DNA of 63,992 nt, filler included, from Sphacelaria rigidula (lineage: Eukaryota), in NCBI GenBank assembly GCA_964200075.2. It is 3 parts of 3 records of this genome, joined end to end, with 100 filler letters (N's around TTAATTAATTAA, not from the genome) between each part and the next. Parts side by side here need not be neighbours in the genome. Positions count along the whole stretch, not along the records: positions 1 to 21,616 come from CAXNAA020000401.1; 2 more parts are not named here. One strand, written 5' to 3'. The notes beneath the pieces were generated by a model that was not told the origin of the DNA, did no database searches, and saw nothing but the letters and a program-made list of their open reading frames with translations. A program made the translations under genes and the position numbers. Positions 1-12,200 of this stretch are shown in pieces (positions within the stretch are counted from its first letter, which is position 1; each line of letters begins with the position of its first letter).

Positions 1-1141
1 CACCGTTCCTACTCCTAATAGAGACACCTCCAACATTCTGGCGCTCATTACTTTCCTTCTCTACCATTGAGGGGGGGGGGGGGGGGGGTACCCCCTATTT
101 TTTTTGCCGTCGTCAAGACCGTTGACCTCGCTTCCCTACAAAGCCGCGACGGAACACGCCGGGTTTTCGCCGGACCAGGCTCGTAAGCACTGAGCGCGAA
201 GCACCCCGATGTGTTCGGTGAGTCGCATGAACGGTGATGTGCATCCTACTACAGTAACATTGTTCGATCAGAAGCGTACTGGTTATCTTGCATGTCAATG
301 GCAGCTTCGCATTAGTTACTTCATTTTCTGGAAGCACGAGTTGCTTCATGTCGCCACTTCCACAGCCACGAGCCAGACTGCCTCATGGATGCCTCAACAT
401 TTGAGCAATACATGGTACGATCATCCTCTTTGCGCGGAGTTGAGTTTCTTCCACCCGGCACAATATAGTCTTACGCGACCATCATCACTTACCGCAACAA
501 AACGCAAGCAAGAAGACAAACGGTAGCCGGGTTGCTTAGCTTACGCAGTGAAGGGCGTGATTTATAGCGTCGTCGCTAACCGATGCGAATCTTTGAACAG
601 GAAAAGGGTTATACCTGCGGAGAAATGAGTTGATCCCTCGATTTGACGGACTCGTTCCAGGGAAGGCGAGGGGCTGGAAGTGTGACCGAAAGCATGGTAA
701 CTATGAACGTCTTTCCAATCACTCGCAGGATGCTACCGTTGGCCCCGATGAATTGGGGGGAGTCGAGTGTATACTACAGCATCCAGCACCCAAGTCCGAG
801 ATATTCGTCTATAGGCCAGCAAAATACCGAGGAATGTGAAATCTTAATGAAGCTCGGCGTGGCCGGCACAGACTCTCGATGCAGCCGTGCGTACGTATAC
901 ATAACGAGTACATGACTACGTCGAGTCAACGGGAAACCAACCTCAATCTTCTCCACCATGGTCAAAGATAAAACGACGCAACTTTCGACGGCGTGGCCAC
1001 TGCCGGCTGACGAGAATATCAAGATTAGTGGAAGTGCCGGGGTAATATACTCCGTGCGAAAGACCACGGTATGCCGAACCTGGATCAACCCGGCCGAATG
1101 GAATATCCGGGCGGGACCACTTGTAGTTGACCCGCAGTGCG

Positions 1142-1398
1142 GTTGTCGTGTTGTCGTCCCGTCTATTCTGGACGCCGGTCTACACCTTTCGGCATATGTG
1201 GGCGCACCAGCAGGGGCCACACAGGAGGAAGGTCAACACAGGATTTTTTTTTTAGTACCCCTACCTTCCTTCTGCGGTGCTTGCCTTTATTTTCCATTGC
1301 CAAAGGGGTTCAGCAGTCCCGTTCCCTCGTCGACCGTTGAGTCGAATTTCGTGTACGACATAGTCGCTCTCCTCTGTTGGGCATGGTGCGAGAAAAAG
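1142..1398 (-). mobile_element. 5'-truncated copy of the tRNA-derived SINE found at 11631-11986
   Basis: Reverse complement aligns with about 11705-11980 (e.g. AATAA(A)GGCAAGCACCGCAGAAGGAAGGT, CCTTCCTCCTGTGTG, GCGCCCACATAT, CGTCCAGAATA). The tRNA head is missing. Confidence 0.8.
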
Positions 1399-1418
1399 GT
1401 TGTAGTATGCAGCGTTAA

Positions 1419-2453
1419 CCCTTTTGGGACCGACCCCCCACTAACACAGGGTTGACCCTGTGTTAGTGCAATAATTGAAAATAAGTCTTCTAGCGACCTA
1501 CCCAATCACGGCGAGGCGAAATTTATCGACCAGATCTGAACGACCAGTGCTGGGGTTGTTGGCGAGTATGATGCCACTGCAAATATAATGTGGGGACCCT
1601 ATCCCTGGCCCAGATAAGCCTTCGCAGGCTTCCAAGCGCAGGGCTGTCGGAGCTCGGTTATATGATATGACTTGCACTTAGTATACCGTTCCCGAGTTTT
1701 CCGGTGGGTTTTTCGGGTCTCAATTCCCTACTAAAATGTCGTAATTTACACGAACACAGGGTCGACCGGAAAAGCCGGGAAGGAGTGTACATGCTAGCAT
1801 GTGGTCATTTTAACCACGCCCTAAAACCAGGTGGGCTGTGGAAAGACAAAATGATTTTCTGTCATGAGTTCTGCTTATCCCTCTGGCGATGACTTGCAGG
1901 GTGCAGTTAACATATTTGTAGTGGGTGGGGATGAAGAAGCGGTATGTAGGTGGTTGGTCTCAGTAGCTGAGAATTGCCCAGAACGTGGAAGGGAGTATGC
2001 AGCGGCAGCTGCTGCTTCAGTCGAAGAGGCGTACTACACTGTACTGTACTGTACTGTACTGTTGCATGCATGCGTGCCGCAACACTGAAACCGTTCGAAG
2101 AGGATTTGCCGCATGCAACAAAGGGGGAAACAGCGGCCCACCCCGACCACAAAGGGCTGTGTGGCAACGTGATCGGGACTAAAGTATTATCGAAAGCCAC
2201 AAGTGGCGGGCGGCCCGCCGGCTCCGCATCCTGTTGGAAGCTCTCCAACGCGACCCATACTGCTTGCTAGATGAGATGTATACCATTGCACCTGTGCACC
2301 TGAAAACAGACTAGATGAAACTTTCGGTCTTCGTCATAACCCTGCGCTTACATACGCGGATCATCAGCAACACGCCACTATTTCGTGCAGACGCCAGACA
2401 CGTCATTCCTGACCAGCCTCATTGATCGGTCTGGAGGCCCGGTCCCAAAAGGG
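1419..2453. mobile_element. Non-autonomous piggyBac-like DNA transposon (1035 bp)
   Basis: Perfect 14-bp TIRs CCCTTTTGGGACCG (1419) and CGGTCCCAAAAGGG (ends 2453), flanked by TTAA on both sides (1415-1418, 2454-2457). No transposase ORF. Three further fragments occur in the window. Confidence 0.85.
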
Positions 2454-3056
2454 TTAACTGACCCCATGAGATCGTTGAAAAAAGATGGGACTAGCTGTAC
2501 CGAAGAACAAAGATGGCTGGCACGCCGTGCGGCGCGATCCCTGAGGCACTTCTTTAAGGAACAAGCTGCACATGGCACAATAGCTAAGCTAACTCATGTG
2601 CCCACTCATTCAGCCCAGATGAAGGCGTACGTTATTCTCCGTGAGAGACTCATTTTCCTGTTTCTTGACGAAAAGCAAACTTTAGAAATGCTTTTGCGTT
2701 CCGTCGAACAAATAAATGGATTCCTGTTTCTTGTCACACCAACTCCTCACTCATACCCGAGCAACGGTTTGCATATCAAGGTGCATATATTAATTATGCC
2801 TCTCACCCACTACACGCTCCATTGCGTTCTACATATTTTTCATTTCGTCACATTATTTCATCACTCATGCCCGTGAGACATTTACAAAAATCAAGATATA
2901 TGTATATATTGCACACCTCACCCGCTCCATGTTCCATGCTTTTCTACACATTCGCTTATTTAGGCACTGGGTCGAACTCGCCGATGGAGGTCCAACCATG
3001 CTACTCTACTCACCTGCCGAGCTATGAAAAACACAAAAATAAATGGGGAAGACAAT

Positions 3057-4200
3057 TCACGCCGTGATAGGAACGCCGAGCGCATCATTTATACTCTCCT
3101 CAACAGACAGAACTCGCTCCACCTCGTCTAGGCATTCAGACAGCGTCAGCGCCTCGGGGAGGGCTCGTACCAAATCAGCTCCTCCCAGCTCCTCGCCGCA
3201 CTTTCGCAACAAGCCACGCACTAAGCGATCGGCTGCACCGACATCCATAACCGAATCATCTCCACTCCCCCGAGCCCCGTCGCCTACATTCAGCAGAACG
3301 TGTTTGACGTGCGTGATGACGGCAGCCCACAGGCCTGGGTCCGTCCCACAGTACTCCTTAACATACAATTTCAACGCCCGCTCGCTCGCCTCAGATACGT
3401 CGTTCACCACTGCACCAACTTCGCCATCGGCAAGACCCCCCCCGGCTGCAATGGCTGGAGGTCTTCTCGCAGCCGTGACGCCCCTTTCTGCAGCTGCAGC
3501 GGCCGCCGCTACCCCCGCCGCCACTGCCGCCTCCGCCCTGGCCGCCCCGACAACCTCCACCAAAACCTGTAGCATGACATCGACCCCGGCGAGGAGTTTT
3601 CCCGATGGTGGAAGTGCCGCTGCAAGAGCTACAATAGCACCGACAGCGCTAAGCGGGACGCCTCGCGGCGGCCACGGCCAAGTGGACCGTTGCATCCCTT
3701 GTCCAACTCCTCCGGCGCCCCAAGCCACCGTCTCAGTCGTGGGTTGGCTATGTGCGCCAGACTTGAAGCCCCCACGCGAAGCTGGCATTGGAGCAGGAAG
3801 TCGTCGCTTTGCCTCGGTGGCTACTTCCGCCGCTTCCTCAGGGCTCATGCCACTCCCGTTGCCGCCGTTGCCGCGCCATGTTACCTCACGTACCAGCGCC
3901 ACAATGGCCGCCAAATGCCCCTCCGCCGCTCCGACGTCTCCCTGAGATGGGCTCCCCGTCAGCAGCGGGACAACGACGTCAGTCCAGCAACTACCGTCCC
4001 CATCTCCACTTTTCCTGGAACCAATGCCATTGCCACTGGTAAAGCCAGGGTCGGTGGGATATTGGCGTGCCGGCTGCGTCCTCCCACTGCTCGGCCCCTC
4101 GAGCGTGCGTAAGTCGTCGAGATGGGCAGCGATGAGATGTCGAAGAATTGCGCGATCTACAGCGCGATTTTGACTCAGCGACGCCTGCCAGGCTGCCGGA
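3057..4200 (-). CDS. Terminal coding exon of the HPS3-like gene (acceptor position approximate)
   Basis: GC-rich part of the 414-aa ORF 3057..4301 ending in TAA, with AT-rich UTR-like sequence beyond. Several candidate AG acceptors lie at about 4185-4300. Confidence 0.7.
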
Positions 4201-6234
4201 GCTCCCTTTAGCGGCAGACGTTTGCCATATCGCGGATAGCCCGGGGCGAGCAAAGTAAGGTCAGTGTCTCGCAGGATGTCACAAACTATCAGGCGATTCA
4301 CTTGTCACGCTATTCGTTACTATCATTACTATCATTACTATCATTACCATCATCTGGTTTGCTCTCCTGTACCACGAATAGCACGCGAAAGAGCTCTGAG
4401 GCGCCGTCAGGTCTGTCTCGGAAATCTGGAGTGCGCGGGTAAGTTTGCGTCGGATGAATTCTCGTCTAATCCTTGCGCCAGGTCGAGCAAAATCGGAACG
4501 GGAAGAACAAACAGTGGATAGCACAGTACTGCGCAGTACAGTACAGTACAGAACAGTGGTAGCAGCATTACTTCAGGTCGTGCACATCGGTCGTGATCGG
4601 GTTCGAGCGCTGCAGTTTGCTGTTAATCGGTTGCCGACGGGCTAAATCAAGCCTTATGTGTGTCTTTCGTGCACATTTCTCGCATCTTTCGTCGGGCAGC
4701 CTCCTTGCTCGTTGGCCACAGCCATGTCATCGACGGTGCTGACTTCACCGTCGTTCGTGATGATGACATTGTGTAGCACAGTATCTGCTTCTCGGCCTCT
4801 GGAATAGTTTCGCAAACATTGAAATCCATATATCGCATGACACCCATCACCTTCCAACGCGACTGCACCTCAAGAATTGCACGAACTGACACTGGGATAA
4901 GCGCGCAAATGAGAAGCATTGGCAGAAACCTCACCAGCGCTTCCGCCAGTCGCTCCTCCTGACGGGTGCCACGATTCGCCTGGGCCAACGAAACCGCACA
5001 CCGCCGGCTGAGAAATTCGCTTGCTGCAGTCTCCGACACCTCCATATCTCGGTTCTCGATTCGATTAAGGACTGCACTACCGAACTGGGCTCCGTCGAGT
5101 TCGAGTGGGTCGAACGATTCCCGTCGTGATGGCAAGGTACATGAATCTTCCTCCGCTGCCGCGTCGAGGGACGCTCTTTTGAGGGATTCCAGGCGCGCCG
5201 CTATCTGAGAACCAAGAGCAACACGTGAGCGTTGGCTAGTGCACGATGCGCGGAGGAGCAAAAGCGGGCACACTCGAAAAGAGACGACGCCAAATACAAA
5301 CGCTCTTGACGAACTGTAGTACGACAACTGGCTATCGGTCTTATGGTGAAGGAAATCACCATGGGTTGTTCGCGGCAAGCGCAAATCGACGCTTCCAAGA
5401 TCCGCCGAAATGGGCGTCGTCTCGTTTGAGAATGTTTGGTGGCGCAACAAAAACTGTGGTCCCTTGCAAGGAAGTCGTCTACTGTCACCACACTCTCAAC
5501 GTGCTTAATAAATATCTACGATAGGCATCAGCCGGGTCAGGTCCGACCGGCGAGCAGTAGTCTGCACTCTCATCATGTCAGAATAGAGTGCTCATTTCAA
5601 CACTCAGGTTGTTGCATACCTGCCTCCCACCAGCACCAAGGACGCGCAGGGCGTGCAAAGGGTCCACTGTAGGCGTGAAACACTTTCCCGTCAGCTCCAG
5701 CACCTCTTCCACCCTATGCGGCCCGAAAGTTCTTCCTACAGTACATGCATGTTCCAGCAGCACAACAGGTGATTGTGAGGTAATAATACCATGCCAATAA
5801 TATCGAAATGTACGAGGTATGCACGAAGAACAAGGGACATCTAGTGTGCGAACAAAGCGGAAGGCCCATTACAAGTTGCGACTCGTATCAAGACGACTGG
5901 AGATCGATGACACTAGCAAGTCTACCATTTTACATTTTACCAACGGTTAAACCACCGGGAGTGTCCTCCTCGACCAGAATAATGTTACTGTATGCCATGA
6001 AAAGCATTATTCAGGCAGCGAGTGACTCTACTATCCTGGCGCACTCACAGTCCGATGACAAAAGTATTTGGGCCACAACATGATCCAGCAGGTGTCAATG
6101 TCGGAGATTGAGAGCCTCATGCAATTATCGAACGTCTAACACCTGTCGGTAAATCCGGCTAGGCTAAACTTATCCTTGGGCTATTCGTTTATTACAGCGC
6201 GTCTTCCGCCGAGGCGTACCAATTACACTTAGTG

Positions 6235-6268
<34 letters not shown>

Positions 6269-9200
6269 ACACGACGCCACACAACACGTACCTCCCGCCG
6301 TGTAACAGGAAGTCAGGTGTACAAGCGCCAGCACCAATGGCCGTAGTCGCCCAGCGGCGAGCATGCTTCTGGCTAAGGGCCCCGCCCCCCCTGCTTTCGG
6401 TGCCACCAATGCCGGATGTCTCTCACAGGCAAGCTGAAGAATGGCATCCTCCGCGCCGCGACAAGAGTCTCCAGTATGTGACTCTTTAGCGGCTGTGTTC
6501 TCGGTCATTTCTCGATACCCATGCAGGACTACCCGCGCCACCGCAATCCACGCACGAGAGGCGTTGTTATCGTCCATCCGCCCATGTTGCTCGTCCCCAA
6601 TGCTCCCTAGCGTCAGTTCCGCTTGCCGGTTCTCCCGACGACCTCCCACCTTGGACTTCGATTTTCGCGCAACGCCACCACTACTAGTAGAGCCCTTATC
6701 CACTTTATTGCGACGGCTACGGCCAAGAGACCGCCGGTCAGTGCCAGATTCACCACTGCTGCTCCTGCTCAAGCTACTCCGACCACTATTGCTACTGCTG
6801 CTGCTAGAGACGGGGGATTGTTCAGCTAGCGATTTTTCTTGTTCATCCAAGGCACGGATAGCCAGAGACAGGGCGTTGGGGCACGCAAACCACGGGGCGC
6901 GGCGTGCGCATATTACCGCAACAGCCAAAGACATCGCTTGCCCATCCCCGACTTCGATGTCCCGCATAATCGACGGTTGCAGCGCTCGTTTCGTATCTCG
7001 ACCGTGTAAGTAGTCCACGAGCCCCGCCAGGACGTTCTCCACATCAGTGAAGTCTTCATAATCCCTAGGTGCGAGGGGTGACCGAGATCCCAGCACCGCG
7101 GAAGTATCGTTACTGTTTGCTCCGACTCCCAATGCGCGAAGCAGGTAATTTTCGTGCATGATTCGATATAAAGACCGTTCGAGACCTACAGAAACTCTCG
7201 TATGAATCGATGGAGACGAGTGTGCGGCATCTCCTTCGCCCGCCGACTGCGGTTCTGGGCCTTCCACTGTCTCCGACGGCATCTCTATCCAGCCGCGGCC
7301 TACGGCAGCATCGCTTCTACAAGCTTCCGTATCCGGCGCTAGCACTTCAACCACACGCGATGCTGCCTCTTTGAGGCGATTGCAGCAATCCATTATGCTC
7401 TCGTCGGACTCCAGAAGCCAGGAACAGGCCCGTGCATACGCCTGCGCAGCGGTATGAATCATATCCGTCTCGTCACCACCTCCCGTGGTGGCGGCTGCTC
7501 GCTGAGCTTCTTCTAACCATAGTCGACCCACGAGAGATGCACACCGTGCGGCTACCCGCTGCCGTGTGCAGCACTGTACCAGTTTGGGGAGAATACTCTC
7601 GATCCCCACACTCATACCGCCAGAACTGCCCTCTTCACCGCTTCCTGCCGGTCTCCTGCTGCTATTTCTATTGGTGCCCTTGCGATCGGAGGGGGACACA
7701 GCCGCCCGCCAGCAGGTGGTTGCCTCGGCTGTGAGCGCTCCGTGTAGACCTTCCGCCGCCGCTAAAAAGGCTGCGGATACAGTTTGAAGCCGGGGGTGCG
7801 GCGCACGTGCCTCCGCTGCAGCAAGCAAACGGAACGCCTCGGTAGGTGTTCTAAGTCGGAGGACCAAAGCCACCGACGAGGCGTTACTCCCACCAGTAGT
7901 ATTGCCACCGATTCCGCAGAATCCTTCTCGCCAAGCGGCCCACTTGGCTTGCCAGAAGTCTTCACGCTGATCGTCACCCGCGTCGTTCTCCGCCACCGCT
8001 GCCAAAACATGTTGGTGGGGCCGCGACGACGACGATGGGAAGATAGTACCGGTGTTATTGAAGGTACATTCATCAACCGCTCCGGCGGTGCGCAGACGTT
8101 GTCGAGATTGCCACCCCAGAAAAGCAATACTGGAGAGTTCCTGCTACCAAACAATCGGGACAAACATGGGTCAAGTATTCCGCCCATACTACACGGGCTA
8201 GAAATCGTTCAAGCCACCCCAACAAGTTTGCGGAGAAGCGAGAACCGACGCAAGTGAAAAACTCGGCGCCAGGAAAGCTCGGGAAAAACCACTGGGTCGA
8301 AGGTCGAGAAGCAAGTAACTCCGTTTCGAATGCGCCACATCAGACAAGTCATGGCGTACGCATAACACTTGAGTGCTGGGCGCCTGAACTATTTATTGTT
8401 CACAAGGGTTATTTCTCGCGACTACTCTACGATATAACCCGGAAGTGCTAGCGTCGGTAGATTTTGGTAAAATGAACAGATCTTCTTCCCCCCCAGTGCC
8501 CAAGTCAGTGTTGGTTGGTTTTATCGGCGATACGAGTAGATACCCCGTTCATCAGGAGGGTGCTTTTGACCGTGAAACACAGTTTTTCGGCTTTAGTGCA
8601 ATCAGTAGGTAGAATAAAAAAATAAAAAAACGGCACATGTCTTCACAAATACGATCGGGACTAGCTCGATCTACCGAAAATGCCTAGGGGACAGAATCTG
8701 GACTGAAACGTGTCAGGTCCCCCGATGACCGATCAGCCCGTAAGTCACTCAACATTGAGGAAATATGACCTTTTCCATGGAATGTGGAGCGGATACAAGT
8801 ATCTCCAGATCCCCATTGTGATGAGCGGAGGCAAGCGAAAGAGCCCAAAAGATCGGCAATCACGAAGAATTACGAAATGAACAGTTCAGGCGCCCAGTAC
8901 TGCCTGCGCATATCAGCACTACCAACAGCAATCCTGGCAAGAGTTGTGATGAGCATTCTCACTCCGAAGGCAAAGGCACTCACCGGCAAGGTCTGATCCT
9001 CGTCCGCCGCGGGAAAGATTACTACTCCCGGTCGAGCTCCTCCTATTGCGACAACGCTCCGTCCCGGCGATCGAGGCATCATCCCTTCCATCTAGCGGAA
9101 CATAACACGGAGTGCGGGATACATCAGCTATGAGATCACACCATTAAGTATGGTTTATTGTGAACTCAGACTCCACTCGTTGTTTGATCATGAGGATCTC

Positions 9201-12200
9201 TAGCCGTAGGGTGAAACATGAAGCAACACCTCCTTCGGGCACCACGAGTCTCATTCCTGACAGAGCGAAGACATGGCTAGACGAAACGACCGACGTTTTT
9301 GCGACGCACCAGTCTCACTGTATCTGCTGAAAAATGGAAGGAGGAAATGTGACCCAATCCCGGTTTTGATTTTGGTACAAGAACAATATCGTAAGGGAGG
9401 GAAGAGGTACACGCGTAGCACCATAACTACGCAGCACGCTTGAGGGCCACATAAGGTATACTGTGCTGTTCAGTACTCTGCAAAATCCAACCGAAACCAT
9501 GCCAAAAACGATTTGTAAGCGGAACCTCGCTTACTTTACTACTACTGTACGCGGCAAGTCCCGGGGTCCCTTCCTTGGTGATGAGAGTTACGCCGGAGAA
9601 AGTAGTTTCTGCTCTCACCAAAACGTTTCATCATCGACTTTGTATCATCAACTAGATCTCCGCCTACACAGCCGCAAAGATAATGGCTCCACGTCACGGC
9701 AGCACAGTGCTAAGCAGGTGAAACGGGGGGTGCCAGCCGTCCAAGTCAAGCACCGCACTTTCAAAGAGCGAGTATTGAGGATTACAAGGGCAGGTCGAGT
9801 AGAGTATACTCAATTGCGGGATATTCCAAAAGATGTACTTGGGGTACTCAAATCGGGGCAGAGTGTTAGGAGTCTCACCCGAAAAATAACTGGAAAGCGA
9901 TCCCTAAAACCCTTCCCCCAATTTGTGCACTGTAAGTACGACTTTCGAAATACTCCGCAATTGAGTATACTCTCTACTCAACCTGCCCTTGGAAGATTAG
10001 CAAGGATGATGCCCCAATCTTCCCGTATTTTGATCTTGAGAAAATATAATTTTCACTTTGATCGCTAAGAGAAGACCCATGCACACACCATCCACATACC
10101 ACACGTATCTTTGGCCAGAACGGTGTAGAAATGACTGACTACACGAGCGGACCGGACGTGCACCGTACTCTTGCACTTTACATGGTGTGGTGCTCAGAGG
10201 AAGCGATACATCCCATGCGATTCAGGAGCACGAGATCGAAGTGTGCACACAAGTGATTCTTGGCTGTGTCGACCGTTGATGCGTGCGCTCTATTCGTTGA
10301 GCAGACTAGGGGACAACATAGCACGTGGATAGGTTACTCATGATTTCACAATGAAAAAAAAAAGACTCGGATTTTTTCGGTTCATTTTATCAACAGCAAC
10401 GAAATGCTGTGCACCAGAGCTAAACCCAACGCGATCCTTTATTCATACTGAAATGAGCTTCCACTTTTGAAGGATGGTCGCTCAGCGACTGCTTCAAGTT
10501 TGGAGAGCTGCTTTAGGTTCTCTATCTGCTCGAGAGCTGTCATCAATGCATAAAATCTCTTTATTTTCACCTAGAAAATAGATTGGGCAACACTCCTGAA
10601 AAAAAACTGTACTGGAGCGTTAGATTCTATTCGAGTTCTTGCGTTCTCCGAGAGCAGTTCCGAGCCGAGGACAGAAGAGTCTGCAACTAGCGTAACGTCA
10701 CAGTTTTTAGATATTCCTCCAAGGTACACACTTAACCCAAACCCTCACCCGGAACCTACGTAGGTAGAGATAGCCTTCGGGCGCACCGGGGGTCCATACG
10801 AAAAGGGCGCCTTATGTCTATGGCGCTGAACCTCAATGTTTCTGCACAAGGTCAAAACATACAGAGCTAAATTCGCCACGACGTGAAACTGTCGTCTAGT
10901 AGGGTGGGTTTGCGCAGAGTGCAGAGTACTGAAGAGCCTGTGCTCCAAAGCCGCAACGAGTGCTGGTCACACGTTGCTTGGGTAAAAATCACCGCGTACT
11001 GCTAGCTTGTTGCTTGATGGATTTTGCGGGGGCGCAGTACTCGGTCAAAAGAAACAAGTAGAAGTAACCAAGCTCATTCTATTTTCACTCCGTTTGCATT
11101 GGCGCACATGAGCACTGCCGTTTTTTGTGCTTTCTATTTCCAACAGGCTCGGCTAGACATTCGTGTCTTAGCAAAGTGCAAAGCGCGGGAGCGGCCCGAC
11201 ACATACCAACGCGGTGCAGCCAAGGCCTCCAGTGGGGCTTGCGCGTGCATCGCACGTTCGTTTGCAACCATGGAGCGCAGCACGTTTTCCTGCAAAGTTA
11301 TGGTGCCCACCGTATTTACTAGGCATGTCAGTATTTCCGGGCATGAAGCACCCGCAAAATGTATGTGACGGTTGTGACGGCATACAAGAACACGCCTTTC
11401 CTTCAAGCTATTGTTCTATCGTGCCAGCTGGGTACCTACCTGCGTCAAGCGGGGATATTATATGGCTTGTCGGTATGAAACATTCGTATTATGTCGAAGC
11501 TACTACACAAATTGCTCATGTCGGTTATGACGATTGTGGGTATCTGAACGCCGTGTCACTCACGCCAGGTGGAGTGGACCCCCCGTCACCCAAGAGTTTA
11601 TGGTCTGCCCAGTTAACTTCAACTCTCGTCGTCCCGGTGGCTCAGTTGGTAACCTCGAAACCTTCTGATGGTTGCGTTGTGGGTTCGAATCTCGGAGCGA
11701 TCTCGGATTTTTTCTCACACTATGCCCAACAGTGGAGAGCGACTATGTCGTGGGTACACAGAATTCCGCGTCACGGTCCACGAGGGAAAGGGACTGCTGG
11801 ACCGCTCTCGCGATAAAAAAATAAGGCAAGCACCGCAGAAGGAAGGTGGAGAACTAAAACAAAATAAAAAAGGGAAAACCCCTGTGTTGGCCTTCCTCCT
11901 GTGTGACCTCGGCTGATGCGCCCACATATACGAAAAGACGCAGACTGACGTCCAGAATACATAACATGACAACACAACAAACACAAGACCCCTCGGCCCA
12001 GGCAGCAGCAGGCAGGTACGAGACATCTAATGACCGCAGCACGATTCGCGGGCATTTAATGACCATGATTCTCTGCTGAAGCCAAATTCTCTGTCGGCAG
12101 AGAGGTGATCCCCGGGAGCCTCATGACATCATAATCCCACTTCGTATCGTCGATCAATTATTTTGCCATTGAGATTGCAAAAGCAGGAGCGTGCACGATC

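Noticed and set aside
1-1100. Short ORFs and a poly-G run at 71-88
   Set aside because: No coherent exon chain or domain; the homopolymer is unremarkable.
3043-3945. 300-aa plus-strand ORF (also 6441..7013 and similar)
   Set aside because: Antisense shadows of GC-rich minus-strand exons.
9463-10068. 201-aa plus-strand ORF
   Set aside because: Runs through the fold-back MITE, has no recognisable domain and lies in an intron of the opposite-strand gene.
11631-11700. Functional tRNA gene
   Set aside because: No convincing cloverleaf or acceptor stem; it continues directly into a repeated SINE body.
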